Source: Octopus sinensis (lineage: Eukaryota). Taken from it: a stretch of 64,000 nucleotides of DNA. The stretch is from positions 28,148,001-28,212,000 of the forward strand of contig NC_043009.1 of NCBI RefSeq assembly GCF_006345805.1. Reading direction: 5' to 3'. The translations under genes and the position numbers were made by a program. The notes beneath the pieces are model-generated. The model saw only the letters and a list, made by a program, of their open reading frames with translations, made no database searches and had not been told where the DNA came from. Below, piece by piece: positions 37,220-49,769 of this stretch (its first letter is position 1; each line of letters opens with the position of its first letter).

Positions 37220-37374
37220 TATTATTATTTTTTATTTTTATTTTTATTATTATTATTAGTGTGGTACATGATGGCTTTGTTGAAATATGATCTGAATACG
37301 ACTTGTGAAGGTTGGTACATGAACAGAAATAACATCATTTATACAAGAATGTGACGAAGAAGAAGTAAGCAAGA

Positions 37375-37377
37375 TTG

Positions 37378-37408
<31 letters not shown>

Positions 37409-37412
37409 CAAC

Positions 37413-37447
<35 letters not shown>

Positions 37448-37449
37448 TG

Positions 37450-37505
<56 letters not shown>

Positions 37506-37531
37506 TAATAATAATAATATAATAATAATAA

Positions 37532-37562
<31 letters not shown>

Positions 37563-37565
37563 AAT
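37375..37565. repeat. (AAT)n then (AAG)n array
   Basis: Direct inspection. Confidence 0.95.
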
Positions 37566-38104
37566 AGTAATAAGTAAGAAAATAAGTGAAGCAATAGGAG
37601 AACAGAGTATAGGGGAAAGAATCTGCACAGTGAAATAATAATAATGATGATGATGATGATGATGATGATAAAATTAAATGTTCAAGAAAGAAGATATAAA
37701 TCTAGAAAAAGGACTATGAAATCAACAACAATAAGAACAACAACAACAACAACTATAAGTTTTATAACATAAAAAAAATGGGTAGCAAAATTTAGAAAAA
37801 ATAAATAAAAAAATTCAGTAGAGAAAGAGACTGAAGTTCAATAACAACAAGAAGAAGACCATTTGATGTGAGATGAAACCTGTAATGTAAGATGTAGGAA
37901 ACAATCAAAGAGGTGCCGATATTGGCAACGAGAAAATGGTGCTTTTGCTCTGAACTCTTGTATGATGCCTACTTCTGATTTATTGCACATTTGACACTTT
38001 GAAATTCTCTGCAACCTGACCCATTTCTTGCCATCACCATTACTGCTGACACCTTTGGCATCACTGCTACCATCCGCAAAAAGAAAAAAAAAATTCTACA
38101 GTCC

Positions 38105-38131
38105 AACACCACCAGCATCACCACCACCACC

Positions 38132-38171
<40 letters not shown>

Positions 38172-38291
38172 TCACCACTACTACTATCACCATCACCACC
38201 ATCGCCCCTACTACTACCGCCATCACCACCATCGCCACTACCACCACCACCACCACCACTGCTGCTGCAACTGCAGCTGCTGCTGCAGCTG

Positions 38292-38334
<43 letters not shown>

Positions 38335-38345
38335 CAGTACTGCTG
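38105..38345. repeat. (CAC/TAC/CTG)n array
   Basis: Direct inspection. Confidence 0.9.
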
Positions 38346-38908
38346 TTGGTAGTATACTAGCGATAACCTATCGCTATCAACCACTGCAGTTGCTTTGTGT
38401 TTCTTCTTTTTTATTTTAGGTCTAATTGACACCACCATCACCACTACCAATACCACCACAACTGCCACCACCATCACCATGCTGTCACTCACCCACCAGT
38501 ACCGTAACCATAACTTCAAAATTTACTACCACCATCAAATGTTGCTACCATTCAACAGTGCTGACGGCAGTGGTGGTGGTGATGGTGGTGGTGGTAGTGG
38601 TGCTACTACTGCTGCTGACAACGTTATTGTCATCACTATGTGTAACATTTACTACTGCGCTAGTTTTAATATATTTTGTTCAATACTGCAATTGTAGTCA
38701 ATGCCACCTTGATAAGCATTGACATCACCATTACTTCTCTTAAGGACCAACAAGAGGGGCCTTATGTGGTTGCTCATCCTGATAGACATAGTAACCAACT
38801 CTTCCCCAAAACACACAAGCTTATTTATATATATAACTCCTTAATAACTTCCAAAATAACTCCTTCCATTGAACTCTACTATTTCCCTCTATTTAACCAT
38901 CTCACTTC

Positions 38909-38956
38909 GTCTCTGATGAAAGGGTATCCCCAATATCCCAGAAACAGCTGTAAGAC
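38909..38956 (+). ncRNA. minimal type I hammerhead ribozyme motif (intact core)
   Basis: GTCT-CTGATGA-A-AGGGTATCCCCAATATCCCA-GAAA-C-AGCT-G-TA-AGAC; same family as 7423-7474, with homologous flanks. Confidence 0.78.
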
Positions 38957-39304
38957 TACCTTTCTCTTTATAAATGTCCTAAAATTACACACAGCCTTGG
39001 TTTTGTTGTCTCATTTTATCTAACACACACACAAATATCTGTACATGTATGTACGCTAGTTTTCTGTAACTTAATGCAGATTTATTCTGGTTAAGCATCC
39101 AAATCTTAATTTTTCCTATGTATGAGAAACTAAGATAAACACAAGTATATATTATTAGTTCCTACATATGTTTCGCCATAATGGTTGCTTGCAAGGAAGA
39201 GTTTGATCTGAGTATTTAATACTAACAACTAACTAAATATACGTACACACACACACTCACACACACACACACACACACCACACACACACACACACACATA
39301 TATA

Positions 39305-39635
39305 TGAGGAGACCCCCTTTGATTATGAATGACCATGGGATTGCACCTAGAAAGTTACCTTCCGAGGCACAAGTCCGGGCAAGGTTGTTTGTGGAAGGCG
39401 AGCAGTTGCCCATGTTTACCAGCCTCCCGACTCCACACTGCTGATGTTATCCAAGGGAAAGGCAAAGGGGCCGATACAGCTTGGCACCAGTGATGTCGCA
39501 ACTCATTTCTACAGCTGAGTTAGCTGGAGCAAACTGAAATAAAGTGTCTTGCTCAAGAACACAACATGCAGCCTGGTTCGGAAATCGAACTTACAACCTC
39601 ACTATTGTAAGCTCAACGCTCTAACCACTGAGCCA
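39305..39635 (-). mobile_element. tRNA/CORE-like SINE family D with RTE-like tail
   Basis: Minus strand: TGGCTCAGTGG A box, GTTCGATTTCC B box, GTGTTCTTGAGCAAGACACTTTAT, tail ...CTAGGTGCAATCCCATGGTCATTC. Confidence 0.8.
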
Positions 39636-39728
39636 TAACTTGCCTTTATCAGCCCAACAGCAAGTTAGAAGCATGTTGAATGAAGAAACATGGCTTCTTC
39701 TTTCTCTTTTACTAGTTTGAAATATATA

Positions 39729-39807
<79 letters not shown>

Positions 39808-39884
39808 ATGTGTGTGTGTGTGCATGTGTGTTTGTTTACATTTCTGTGTTTTTCCATGATGCTCACAACAAATTGTATTGTTGC

Positions 39885-40074
39885 AGGTAAATGGCAACCT
39901 CATTGGTGCCACATGAAAAACACTCAGTATACTGTAAAGTAGTTGGTGCTAGGCAAGCTATCCAGCTGCAGAAACCATCTCAGAGCAGATATAGAACCTT
40001 GTTGAGCCTTTAGACTCATCTAGCCAAATCACCCAACCCATACCAGCTCAGGAAAAAAAGGATTTTGAATGAGA

Positions 40075-40105
<31 letters not shown>
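39885..40105 (+). mobile_element. RTE-tail retroposon (family E), diverged
   Basis: GGTGCCACATGAAAAACAC...TATCCAGCTGCAGAAACC...CAACCCATACCAGC followed by (GAT)n. Confidence 0.6.
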
Positions 40106-40124
<19 letters not shown>

Positions 40125-40345
40125 CATCATCATCATCATCATGTTGCCACCGACATCAACAATGTTAATGTTGATGATGGTGATGATTCCAGTAATGATA
40201 TTAAGTATCTACAAAAAAAACAGAATTGGAATTTTCCTGTAAGTCATGTTACCTCAACAAAATCGACATATTCCAACATAAAATAACTTCAAATATGACA
40301 TTCCTCAACAAAAGATAAATCAGTGAATGAAACTACTTTCTGCCA

Positions 40346-40553
40346 TTAACCCTTTCGTTACTGTGTTTCTTTCAATTACTTTAGATATAACAAAGAATTT
40401 AGTAAAATAACTTATTTATCAGTCAGCTAGTGTTAGGAACATAAATTGTGTCTAAGGTTTGGTGGAAGATTTTAATTGAAAACTTATAGAAACAAGACAT
40501 TTGTACTACAGAGCCAGAAGTGGTTTCAGCCAGGTTGGTATCAAAAGGGTTAA
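40346..40553. mobile_element. piggyBac-type MITE copy 1
   Basis: TTAA|CCCTTTCGTTAC...GGTATCAAAAGGG|TTAA. Confidence 0.8.
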
Positions 40554-40576
40554 GAAGTGTTTCTCTATTATATATT

Positions 40577-40806
40577 TTAACCCTTTCATTACCGTATTTC
40601 TGTTGAGATGCTCTGGGTTTCTTTCAATTAATTTTAAATATAACAAAGAATTTAGTAAAATAACTTATTTATCCTTCAGCTAGTGTTAGGAACATAAATT
40701 GTGACTAAGGTTTGTTGGAAGATTTTAATTCAAAACTTATGAAAACAAGACATTTGTACTACAGAGCTAGAAGTGGTTTCAGCCAGGTTGGTATCAAAAG
40801 GGTTAA
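40577..40806. mobile_element. piggyBac-type MITE copy 2
   Basis: TTAA|CCCTTTCATTACC...GGTATCAAAAGGG|TTAA; collinear with copy 1, with about 22 extra bp. Confidence 0.85.
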
Positions 40807-41484
40807 AGGTAATGACATCTTGCATGAACATTTGTCTATTTTCTACTGTGAAAAGGGTTAATGTTAATGTTAATGTTATTGTAAAATATTTAGTTAGTGC
40901 TAATATAGAGTATTCCGTGTTGGCATAATGTATTCGTTTAGTACTTGTATAAGTATTTAATTACTGTTAGCATCAAATACTCAGATCAAACCCTCCTTTC
41001 TGTCCCCTGTCCCGTTGTGGTAAGAAACTGGAAATCTGGGGTGTGGCTAAATGCAAGATATAGTAACGTGTTGATTAGAATACCATGCTGGTTGCAACAC
41101 TATACATGGTTGCAGACACTGCAATGAAGCATGACAAACATTAGGACAGAGACAAAAAGAAAAAAAAAAAAAGAAATATTTCTCCACAAAAATAAATTCT
41201 TCCCTTGTGGCAATAAGATGTCTGTTTTGGCTACACAGAAATAAAATAAAACAACGTGAAGACAGAAAAATAAAATAAATTGTCGCTGATGAAATCTCAA
41301 GAAAGGCAAACAAGTTTATTTGTGTTGATTCTCATCTTTGTAATATGTGCTACAACACAAGGAAGTTGGCTATTGATAAATTTACATAAAATAATATATC
41401 TTATATTTGGAAGTCTAGTCACAATCTTTAAAATGATGGATAACTTTCCAATGAGAATGCAAATATGCCACTATTCATTCTAAC

Positions 41485-41579
41485 ATGTGGAAAAACATCA
41501 TGGTGGCATTGGGATAAATGGAACTTAATGTCACTAAAAATTCTTCAACTTTATTCCATGCTTTTACAGAGTTTCTTCT
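41485..41579 (-). CDS. candidate 95-nt exon of unidentified host gene
   Basis: GATAG|RRNSVKAWNKVEEFLVTLSSIYPNATMMFFH|GTTAGA; only one frame open; splice sites moderate. Confidence 0.2.
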
Positions 41580-41880
41580 CTATCAACATCGATTACACAC
41601 ATACACAAAATAAAGTTCCATTTTCCAGACATTTATTAGTTGTTATGCTTTAACTCTTTAACTTGTTTCAGTTTTAATGCTGCGGTCATGCTGGGGCACC
41701 AACATTGTAAATATACAGTAAATATAAAGGCACAGCTGTGAGGGTGTGGTTACGCAGTTTGCTTTTCAACAACATGGGTCTAAGTTCACCTTGGACAAGT
41801 GTTTTCTGCTCTAGCCCTGCACTAACCAAAACCTTGTGAGTGGATTTGGTTAATGGTAACTAAAAGAAGGAAAGACCCTC

Positions 41881-41915
<35 letters not shown>

Positions 41916-41917
41916 CG

Positions 41918-42137
41918 TACAAAGAGGTGCTGGAAAGTTCCTAGCTTTGGGTAAAAGAAAATACAGGAGGATCAGTTAATTAGGATTTAATTCAACATAT
42001 TCCCCTCTCAGATCAATACACATATTGCAGCAGCCCTTCAGTTTTTCTAAGCTCTATAAAGTACTTGGAAGGTTGGGCCTCCAGCCAAGCCTTTTGTGAT
42101 CCCCTTAAAACCAGGAACATTTCAGCACCACATCATG
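41918..42137. mobile_element. mariner-like MITE
   Basis: Inverted termini GGTGCTGGAAAGTTCCT / AGGAACATTTCAGCACC (15/17), starting at TA. Confidence 0.6.
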
Positions 42138-42170
42138 TTGAACCATTACACGCTTTTTTCTCTCTCAAAC

Positions 42171-42206
42171 CTCTCTGTTGAAGAGCATAGGCTCAAAATG
42201 TCAAGG
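42171..42206 (+). ncRNA. decayed hammerhead motif (GAGC-stem family)
   Basis: CTGTTGA-A-GAGC-ATAG-GCTC-AAAA-TGTC; changes fit CpG decay of CGAAACGTC plus one core substitution. Confidence 0.4.
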
Positions 42207-42440
42207 ACTTTCCTATTCTTTCTGAGTGTTAAACAAATACTGCTGCTTTTTGTTCCCTCATCTGTCTTTGTCTTTTGTTTTCTGTATATTTGAACAATAT
42301 GTATAAATATATGCATATGTATGTAATCAATTCAAATAAGCAAACAATTATAGAAACAGAGAAAAAAAGAAAAAAAAGAAAATGAGTATGTGCACAAGAA
42401 ATATGTTAATTTGATGTTCAGTGAAGGGAGAGAGATGCTG

Positions 42441-42475
42441 TTAATTTTTCGAGCATAGCTCTTCGTCGGAAAGAG
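42441..42475 (-). ncRNA. decayed hammerhead motif (GAGC-stem family)
   Basis: Minus strand CCGACGA-A-GAGC-TAT-GCTC-GAAA-AATT. Confidence 0.45.
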
Positions 42476-42763
42476 AAAAGTCGAAAGAGAAAGAAGGAAA
42501 AGTCACCAAAAATCCACTAGTGGTTACATGTGTGTTTGTGTTTGTGTGTGTGTATGTATATGCATATGTGTGTGTGATTATATACATATATTTGTGTGTG
42601 TGTATGCATACATGTGTGCGTGTATACGTACACAGACGTGTGTGTATGGATATATGTGTGTGCATGTATATGTATACGTGTGTGTATTTGCATACATGTG
42701 TGTGTATGTATATGTGTGTATATACATACATGTGTGTGTGTATGTGTGTGTATAATAAAGAAG

Positions 42764-43007
42764 TGTTTCTGCAGGATAAGTGATCTAACGTCTTTTTGAT
42801 GTCGCATGTATATGGATTTAGTTGGTTCAGCTGCAGTACATATTCATCCAAGGTAGACAAAGCTGGTCCACCAACCCAAATGGGCAAAACCTTGAACAAG
42901 ACTACATAGCAACGTTGACCCTGCATGAATATACCTTGCAACAAAATCAACTAGATGCACCCAAATGCTACCTCAAAGGAGATTAGGACACTTATCTAGC
43001 AGAAACA
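42764..43007. mobile_element. possible MITE with about 26-bp imperfect TIRs
   Basis: TGTTTCTGCAGGATAAGTGATCTAA vs TTAGGACACTTATCTAGCAGAAACA; no TSD seen. Confidence 0.35.
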
Positions 43008-43099
43008 TGTCAGATAGGAATTTAACGTGAATTAATGAGATTAATACTGTAATAAACAAATTCTGAAGATGCATAATTCTCCATTATTCTTCATGATGT

Positions 43100-43413
43100 T
43101 ATAAACTATGTAGTTTGTTTCTTCTCGAGCCACGCCTGGCTCATAAGGGCCGGTTTCCTGGTTTCCTTGGCGTATAAGTTCCCCACCTGGATGGGACACC
43201 GGTCCGTCGCAGGTGAGCTGCTAGATGCAGGAGGAAAGAGTGAGAGAAAGTTGTGGCGAAAGAATCAGCAGAAGTTCACCATTACTTTCTGCTGGAGCTG
43301 CATGGAACTTAGATGTTTTGCTCATAAACACACACATCGCCCGGTCTGAGATTCGAACCCGCAATCCCTCGACCGCGAGTCCGCTGCTCTAACCACTAGG
43401 CCATGGGTCTCCA
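43100..43413 (-). mobile_element. SINE family C head/body with alternative tail
   Basis: Head TGGCCTAGTGG...GGTTCGAATCTC and body as 49071; tail CTGCGACGGACCGGTGTCCCATCCAGG shared with 61345-61603. Confidence 0.8.
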
Positions 43414-43487
43414 CTGTATATTGTATGAAATCCAACAAAGTGAACTTGGGACTTACCTATCAAATGAAGTACACTGTAATTGTTTAT

Positions 43488-43825
43488 CATCATCATCATC
43501 ATCATCATTTAGCATCCGCTTTCCATGCTAGCATGGGTTGGACGGGTCAACTGGGGTCTGTGAAGCTGAGAGGCTTCGTCAGGCCCAGTCAGATCTGGCA
43601 GTGTTTCTACGGCTGGATGCCCTTCCTAACGCCAACCACTCCGCGAGTGTAGTGGGTGTTTTTTATGTGCCACCTGCACAGGTGCCAGACAGAGCTGGCG
43701 AACGGCCACGAACGGATGGTGCTTTTACGTGTCACCGGCACGGGGCCAGGCGATGCTGGCAACGGACACGAACGGATGGTGCTTTTACGTGCCACCGACA
43801 CGGGGCCAGACAGAGATGGCCCCGT
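43488..43825 (-). mobile_element. RTE-tail retroposon (family E) with two roughly 54-bp 5' subrepeats
   Basis: (CAT)n tail; ACGAACGGATGGTGCTTTTACGTG repeated twice. Confidence 0.85.
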
Positions 43826-44213
43826 GTTTATCTTTAAACAATTCTATATGTTCTTCATCATTCGATATGGTTAGCCAGATCTGGATTATATCACAGGGCT
43901 AATAAGATTCCTGCTAGTGTTCCAAATCCCAGTTCCTTTGTGTTATATACATGCATACATGCATACATACATACATACATACATCTAAAAACCAGAAAGG
44001 AGAAAGCTAATTCAAAGACTACAGGTGCAATCCATTAGTGGAACTGTAAAAATCTGTAAAACTTTCCAGAATTTATCATTTAAATATATATAAGCATGTC
44101 TAGGTATGCAACTATATACATGAGAAGACATAAATAAAACATACATACATACATACATATCAATACATACATACTTAGATATATATATGTGTGTGTGTGT
44201 ATGTATCTATATC

Positions 44214-44245
<32 letters not shown>

Positions 44246-44259
44246 TGTATGTATGTATG

Positions 44260-44299
<40 letters not shown>

Positions 44300-44315
44300 A
44301 TATGTATATATATAT

Positions 44316-44708
44316 GTGACTGTGTGGTAAGTAGCTTGCTAACCAACCACATGGTTCCGGGTTCAGTCCCACTGCGTGGCATCTTGGGCAAGTGTCTTCT
44401 GCTATAGCCCCAGGCCGACCAATGCCTTGTGAGTGGATTTGGTAGACGGAAACTGAAAGAAGCCTGTCGTATATATGTATTTATATATATGTATGTATGT
44501 GTATGTGTTTGTGTGTCTGTGTTTGTCCCCTTAGCATTGCTTGACAACCGATGGTAGTGTGTTTACGTCCCCGTTACCTAGCGGTTCGGCAAAAGAGACC
44601 GATAGAATAAGTACTGGGCTTAAAAAGAATAAGTCCCGTGGTCGATTTGCTTGACTAAAGGCGGTGCTCCAGCATGGCCGCAGTCAAATGACTGAAACAA
44701 GTAAAAGA

Positions 44709-44710
<2 letters not shown>
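44316..44710 (+). mobile_element. SINE family A, full length, CpG-rich (young)
   Basis: Complete head, interior and tail; CpGs retained. Confidence 0.9.
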
Positions 44711-44773
<63 letters not shown>

Positions 44774-45109
44774 GTATATACATATATATATATATGTATA
44801 TATATACAGACACAACACACACACACATATATATAAGGCTTCTTTCATTTTCCAATAATGAAATCCTCTTACAAGACTTTGGTCAGCCTGGGGCTATAGG
44901 AGAAGACACTTGCATGAAGCACCATATAGAGGAAGTGAATCCAAAACAAAGTGTTTATGAAGCAAAATTTTTAACCCAAAGCCATCCCACTCCATATTCC
45001 TTAAGGTTCTTCAGGCAAATTGCAGAAATTGTTTGCAGTTGCTTCATGTGGAATTGTAAAAACTTGTTCCTGTTTCCAGTAACGTGGACTGAGGAGTCCT
45101 TTTGAATGC

Positions 45110-45325
45110 TAACTCTTTCGCATTCAGATAATCCTTATTTATTCACTTTGTTTGGAATTAATCATGCATTGCCTTGTAGCTTCAAGATTTCAAAGATGTG
45201 ATTGCATATTTTTAGAATGACTTTGTAAGATATGTGTGAGAGGTTGGATCTAGCCAGTATGAACATAAAACAGGTGGTGAAGTATTTTGGCCAGATACAG
45301 CTGGTTTAAATGCTACAGGATTAAA
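45110..45325. mobile_element. diverged piggyBac-type MITE-like segment
   Basis: CTAACTCTTTCGCATT...AAATGCTACAGGATTAA, degenerate TTAA-CCC termini. Confidence 0.4.
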
Positions 45326-45657
45326 TATCAACAGACCTCACCTGACTAAATACTGTGAATAGGACACAAACCAGTGGCCACTTGGTCCAGCTGAAGGGAT
45401 TCTGTACCATTTTAATCCATAAAATTTCATTCACAACTTTAAACAAAATATAACAAAGCTTGTTACAATTAGCCATAAAAGAAATTCTCTAATATCACTT
45501 AATATTCTGATGCAATGAAACAGAACAAGGTATGTGGTTCATTCATAAACTGATAAATATTGGAGCATATACTATTAATGGATGTAGGCATGAATATACT
45601 GATCTGAATATCTGCCGATCAATCTATCTATCTTGCTGTATATAAATATATACATAC

Positions 45658-45711
<54 letters not shown>

Positions 45712-46155
45712 CATTATACCTTCTTTCTTTTGTTGCCTTACCGTTTTTATCAATATATATATATATATATATAAAACCAAAATATCATATATATATTTGG
45801 ATATATAATTAGATATAATCATATATATGGATGTGTGCAATATGTAGGTATGTACATGTATCCTTATATTCTTTGTTTTTTTTACACAGTATATGAATTC
45901 TCAACACGTTTTTTTGAGAACCTTCCCCACCCACACACACACCCACACACACACACAACATACACACAAGTGCATTCACGGCACAAGTATGTTCACACAT
46001 ACACACGGAGAGCCAAGCAAACTAAAGCATATACATATAGAGCTAATTTCATTTCATTTGTAAAGTACACACACACACACATGCACACACATATATTAGT
46101 ATATATTTATACAAACACACATGCACACATATAGAAATATACAAATATCTACAAG

Positions 46156-46217
<62 letters not shown>

Positions 46218-46273
46218 TACATATTTATTTATATGCATATTGTTTATTTTACTTATATATGCATATATATACA

Positions 46274-46307
<34 letters not shown>

Positions 46308-46346
46308 GTATACTTGTCTCTATCTGTATCTATCGTTATATCTAGA

Positions 46347-46402
<56 letters not shown>

Positions 46403-47029
46403 TATGTATACATGTATGTCTATATGTATATATGTATATGTAGTGAGAAAGAGAGAGAGAGAGAGAGAGAGATAGAAGAGGAGAGAGAGTCGACCATTTA
46501 TGAAGAATCACTTGATTTATCAATGTTAACGTATGCATATAGATTCCGCATGTCATGGTTTAAATAAATTCAATACAGACACATACGCAGATCAAAGTAT
46601 TAGCATATACGTGCATGCGTTGATTGAGTTAAGCAGAGAACATTATGAACATATGCATTTATTTCTGCATCCATTGAAATATATAAACATTCCGAACATG
46701 CTGCTACTGCAGACCATGCATGCATGAAATCTTTTATACAGAGATGCGTATGTATAGGAAAGGTTTGAGCCAAGCATATTGACATGACTTAATATATAAC
46801 GCATGTTTCAATATGAACTAAGCTCTATGTGTGCATCTCTCTCTATATATACATATATATAAAGATAAATATGTATATATATATGTCTGTCTGTTTGCAT
46901 ATATATGTATATATATATGTGTGGATGTGCATCTGTGTCTATATATATATATATATATATATACAGTTATATATGCATGTACATATGTATATATACATAT
47001 ATATACATGTATATATATATTACATATAT

Positions 47030-47078
<49 letters not shown>

Positions 47079-47227
47079 ATATTCACATATATATATATAT
47101 ATAGACATATAGATATATACTTGCATACATTCTTACCAACAGACATATGTGCATATGTATATATGCTTATATTCTTTAATATACACATATTACCATCTAT
47201 ACATAGATACATACATGTGTGTATGTG

Positions 47228-47259
<32 letters not shown>

Positions 47260-47286
47260 TATATATATACATATAATACATATATG

Positions 47287-47331
<45 letters not shown>

Positions 47332-47942
47332 TATATGTATATATATATATAATATATATAGAGAGAGAGAGAGAGAGACCTACTTACATACTCATGTGTT
47401 TGTATATATATGTATAGTTATACACACACAAATATATATGCACAGACACATGGGCTTACATTTGCTCAGCTATTGCATATGTAAATACATACATACACAA
47501 ATATATAAACATATATATATGAGTATATAAATACACGCACACACGTATACATGTTAGTGTGTGTCTGTGTGTGTGTGTGTGTGTGGTGTATGTGTGCGTG
47601 TTTGTGTTTGTGTACGTGTGTTAGTAATTTTACCACTGAAATTCATATTATGGTCATATGTTGCGAACATTGTGGATTTAAAGGATTGCCAAAATTCAGA
47701 TTAACAACCACTCAGGCACCAGCATGAAACCATGTCATGGATTTGATCATAGAGTTTCTAAAATATATTCATAATGTATATATATATACATACCTCACAG
47801 TCAATGCACTTGTTACTGTACATTCAATAACTTTTATATACAGGCCTATAGTAAAAATGTATAAAAGAAACTTCATTTCTACAGATATATGTATGTATGC
47901 ATATACAAATACGCACATATTTATATATATATATATATATAT

Positions 47943-48231
47943 ATAGTGTAATAAATAAAATATATGCATACATACAAACATATATGTATGTACCAACATC
48001 TACATGTATATATACATGCATATATAAATATATATACGTACAGGACACCACAAAAAGACTGTCTTTCTGTTGTAACAAAATGGCTTTTCCGTTTTCGTTT
48101 CTGTTGATTTTTACGTCTTTTTGTGGTGTCCTGTACGTATATATATTTATATATGCATGCATATATACATGTAGATGTCGGTATGTACATATATGTTTGT
48201 ATGTATGCATATATTTTATTTATTACACTAT
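47943..48231. repeat. 117-bp inverted repeat, 55-bp spacer
   Basis: 47943-48059 vs 48115-48231, four mismatches. Confidence 0.95.
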
Positions 48232-48305
48232 TGTCTGACAGCGCTTCGCGTCGGGTTCGTTCGAATTTTCGCTTCGTTCCGTCTCTTATCCTCCCAGTAT
48301 TGTTT

Positions 48306-48341
<36 letters not shown>

Positions 48342-48374
48342 GTATATATAAAATATATATATATATTCATTCTA

Positions 48375-48530
48375 TTATTCATTTATTCATTTCAGTCATT
48401 TGATTGTGTTCATTCTGGAGCACTGCCTTTAGTCAAACAAATCAACCCCAGGACTTATTCGTTGTAAGCCTAGTACTTATTCTATCAGTCTCTTTTGCTG
48501 AACCGCTAAGTTATGGGGACAAAACACGAA
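48375..48530 (-). mobile_element. SINE family A tail
   Basis: TTTCAGTCATTTGA...GGAGCACTGCCTTTAGTC...TGAACCGCTAAGTTATGGGGAC. Confidence 0.75.
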
Positions 48531-48584
48531 TAAACATATATATATATATATATATGTTTATTCGTCTGTTTTGTCCCCCTAACT

Positions 48585-48917
48585 TAGGTTTTGAAAAGCC
48601 TAATTTCTCAAGATTGTACTTAGGCAGTGTGTTTCATATCCCAGTTTTCCAATAATTACAGGTATAAATCTAAATGTGTAATCTGGATAGAGTAACTGCA
48701 GATTTCTCCATAGTTCAGAGTAGGTATTTTCTTTTGCGCTGACCTTTAGCTTTATGTTTATATCCACTAGGCAGCTGATTCCCACAACTTTACACAGTTT
48801 CTCTTCTCTATCCCAAATCATTATATCAGGTCTGGTGTGCTTACATCTTATTGAAGCCTTCCCTGGGACATTCCACCTGAACTCCTTTTTATTATGAGTG
48901 GCTATGGCTTCCACCAT
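48585..48917 (-). pseudogene. R2/R4-group LINE RLE-domain fragment
   Basis: CKHTRPDIMIWDREEKLCKVVGISCLVDINI...KENTYSELWRNLQLLYPDYTFRFIPVIIGKLG. Confidence 0.8.
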
Positions 48918-49070
48918 ACTGTAGGTTTATGTATGTGTGTATGTAGCTATGTATGTATGTTTGTGTGTATGTGTGCATGTGTGTGTACACACACATACAT
49001 ATCATATGAGGCGTTTAGTAACAGAGTGTTGTAAGCACCATCCTGGTCATTTTAGAGGTTAGAGGTTAGT

Positions 49071-49451
49071 GAGGCGCAATGGCCCAGTGGTTAGGGTAGC
49101 GGACTCGCGGTCGTAGGATCGCGGTTTCGATTCCCAGACCGGGCGTTGCGCGTGTTTATTGAGCGAAAACACCTAAAGCTCCACGAGGCTCCGGCAGGGA
49201 TGGTGGTGATCCCTGCTGTACTCTTTCACCACAACTTTCTCTCACTCTTACTTCCTGTTTCTGTTGTGTCTGTATTTCAAAGGGCCGGCCTTGTCACTCT
49301 CTGTGTCACACTGAATATCCCCGAGAACTATGTTAAGGGTACACGTGTCTGTGGAGTGCTCAGCCACTTACACGTTAATTTCACGAGCAGGCTGTTCCGT
49401 TGATTCAGATCAACCGGAACCCTCATCGTCGTAACCGATGGAGTGCTTCCA
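49071..49451 (+). mobile_element. SINE family C, full length with 10-bp TSD
   Basis: A box TGGCCCAGTGG, B box GTTTCGATTCC; AGAGGTTAGT at 49061-49070 and 49452-49461. Confidence 0.92.
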
Positions 49452-49761
49452 AGAGGTTAGTATATCATTTTCTTTGTTTCAAAGTCTAGAATCCAAAAGA
49501 GACTTGCAATAAGGTCGAAAATCCAGCTGAAAAAATTGTATCTTGACGTTATTGGCATGACACTTGCTCACCCAAACTCGGACTAAAGAGTTTAGTAACA
49601 GACCATCGTAAACACAAACACTCAGTCAATAACTTTGGTGTGGTCCCTGTATTGTTTTCCAAGGTGTTATGGCTCATTTTCTAATATTCTTCATTACTAT
49701 CGTAATGATAATTGGCTATTATTTTACTACCTTGTCTTACTTACTTCTTAAAGGTACTTAC

Positions 49762-49769
49762 CTTGGTAT
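49762..49769 (-). CDS. candidate 8-nt microexon
   Basis: TATTGTTTGTGTTTTCAG|ATACCAAG|GTAAGT; near-consensus acceptor and donor in non-repetitive DNA. Confidence 0.35.

Noticed and set aside
37258-37310. Other plus-strand exon candidates (also 4997-5028, 49664-49753, 51581-51646)
   Set aside because: Open frames with only moderate splice sites and no consistent chain; they show how often such signals arise by chance here.
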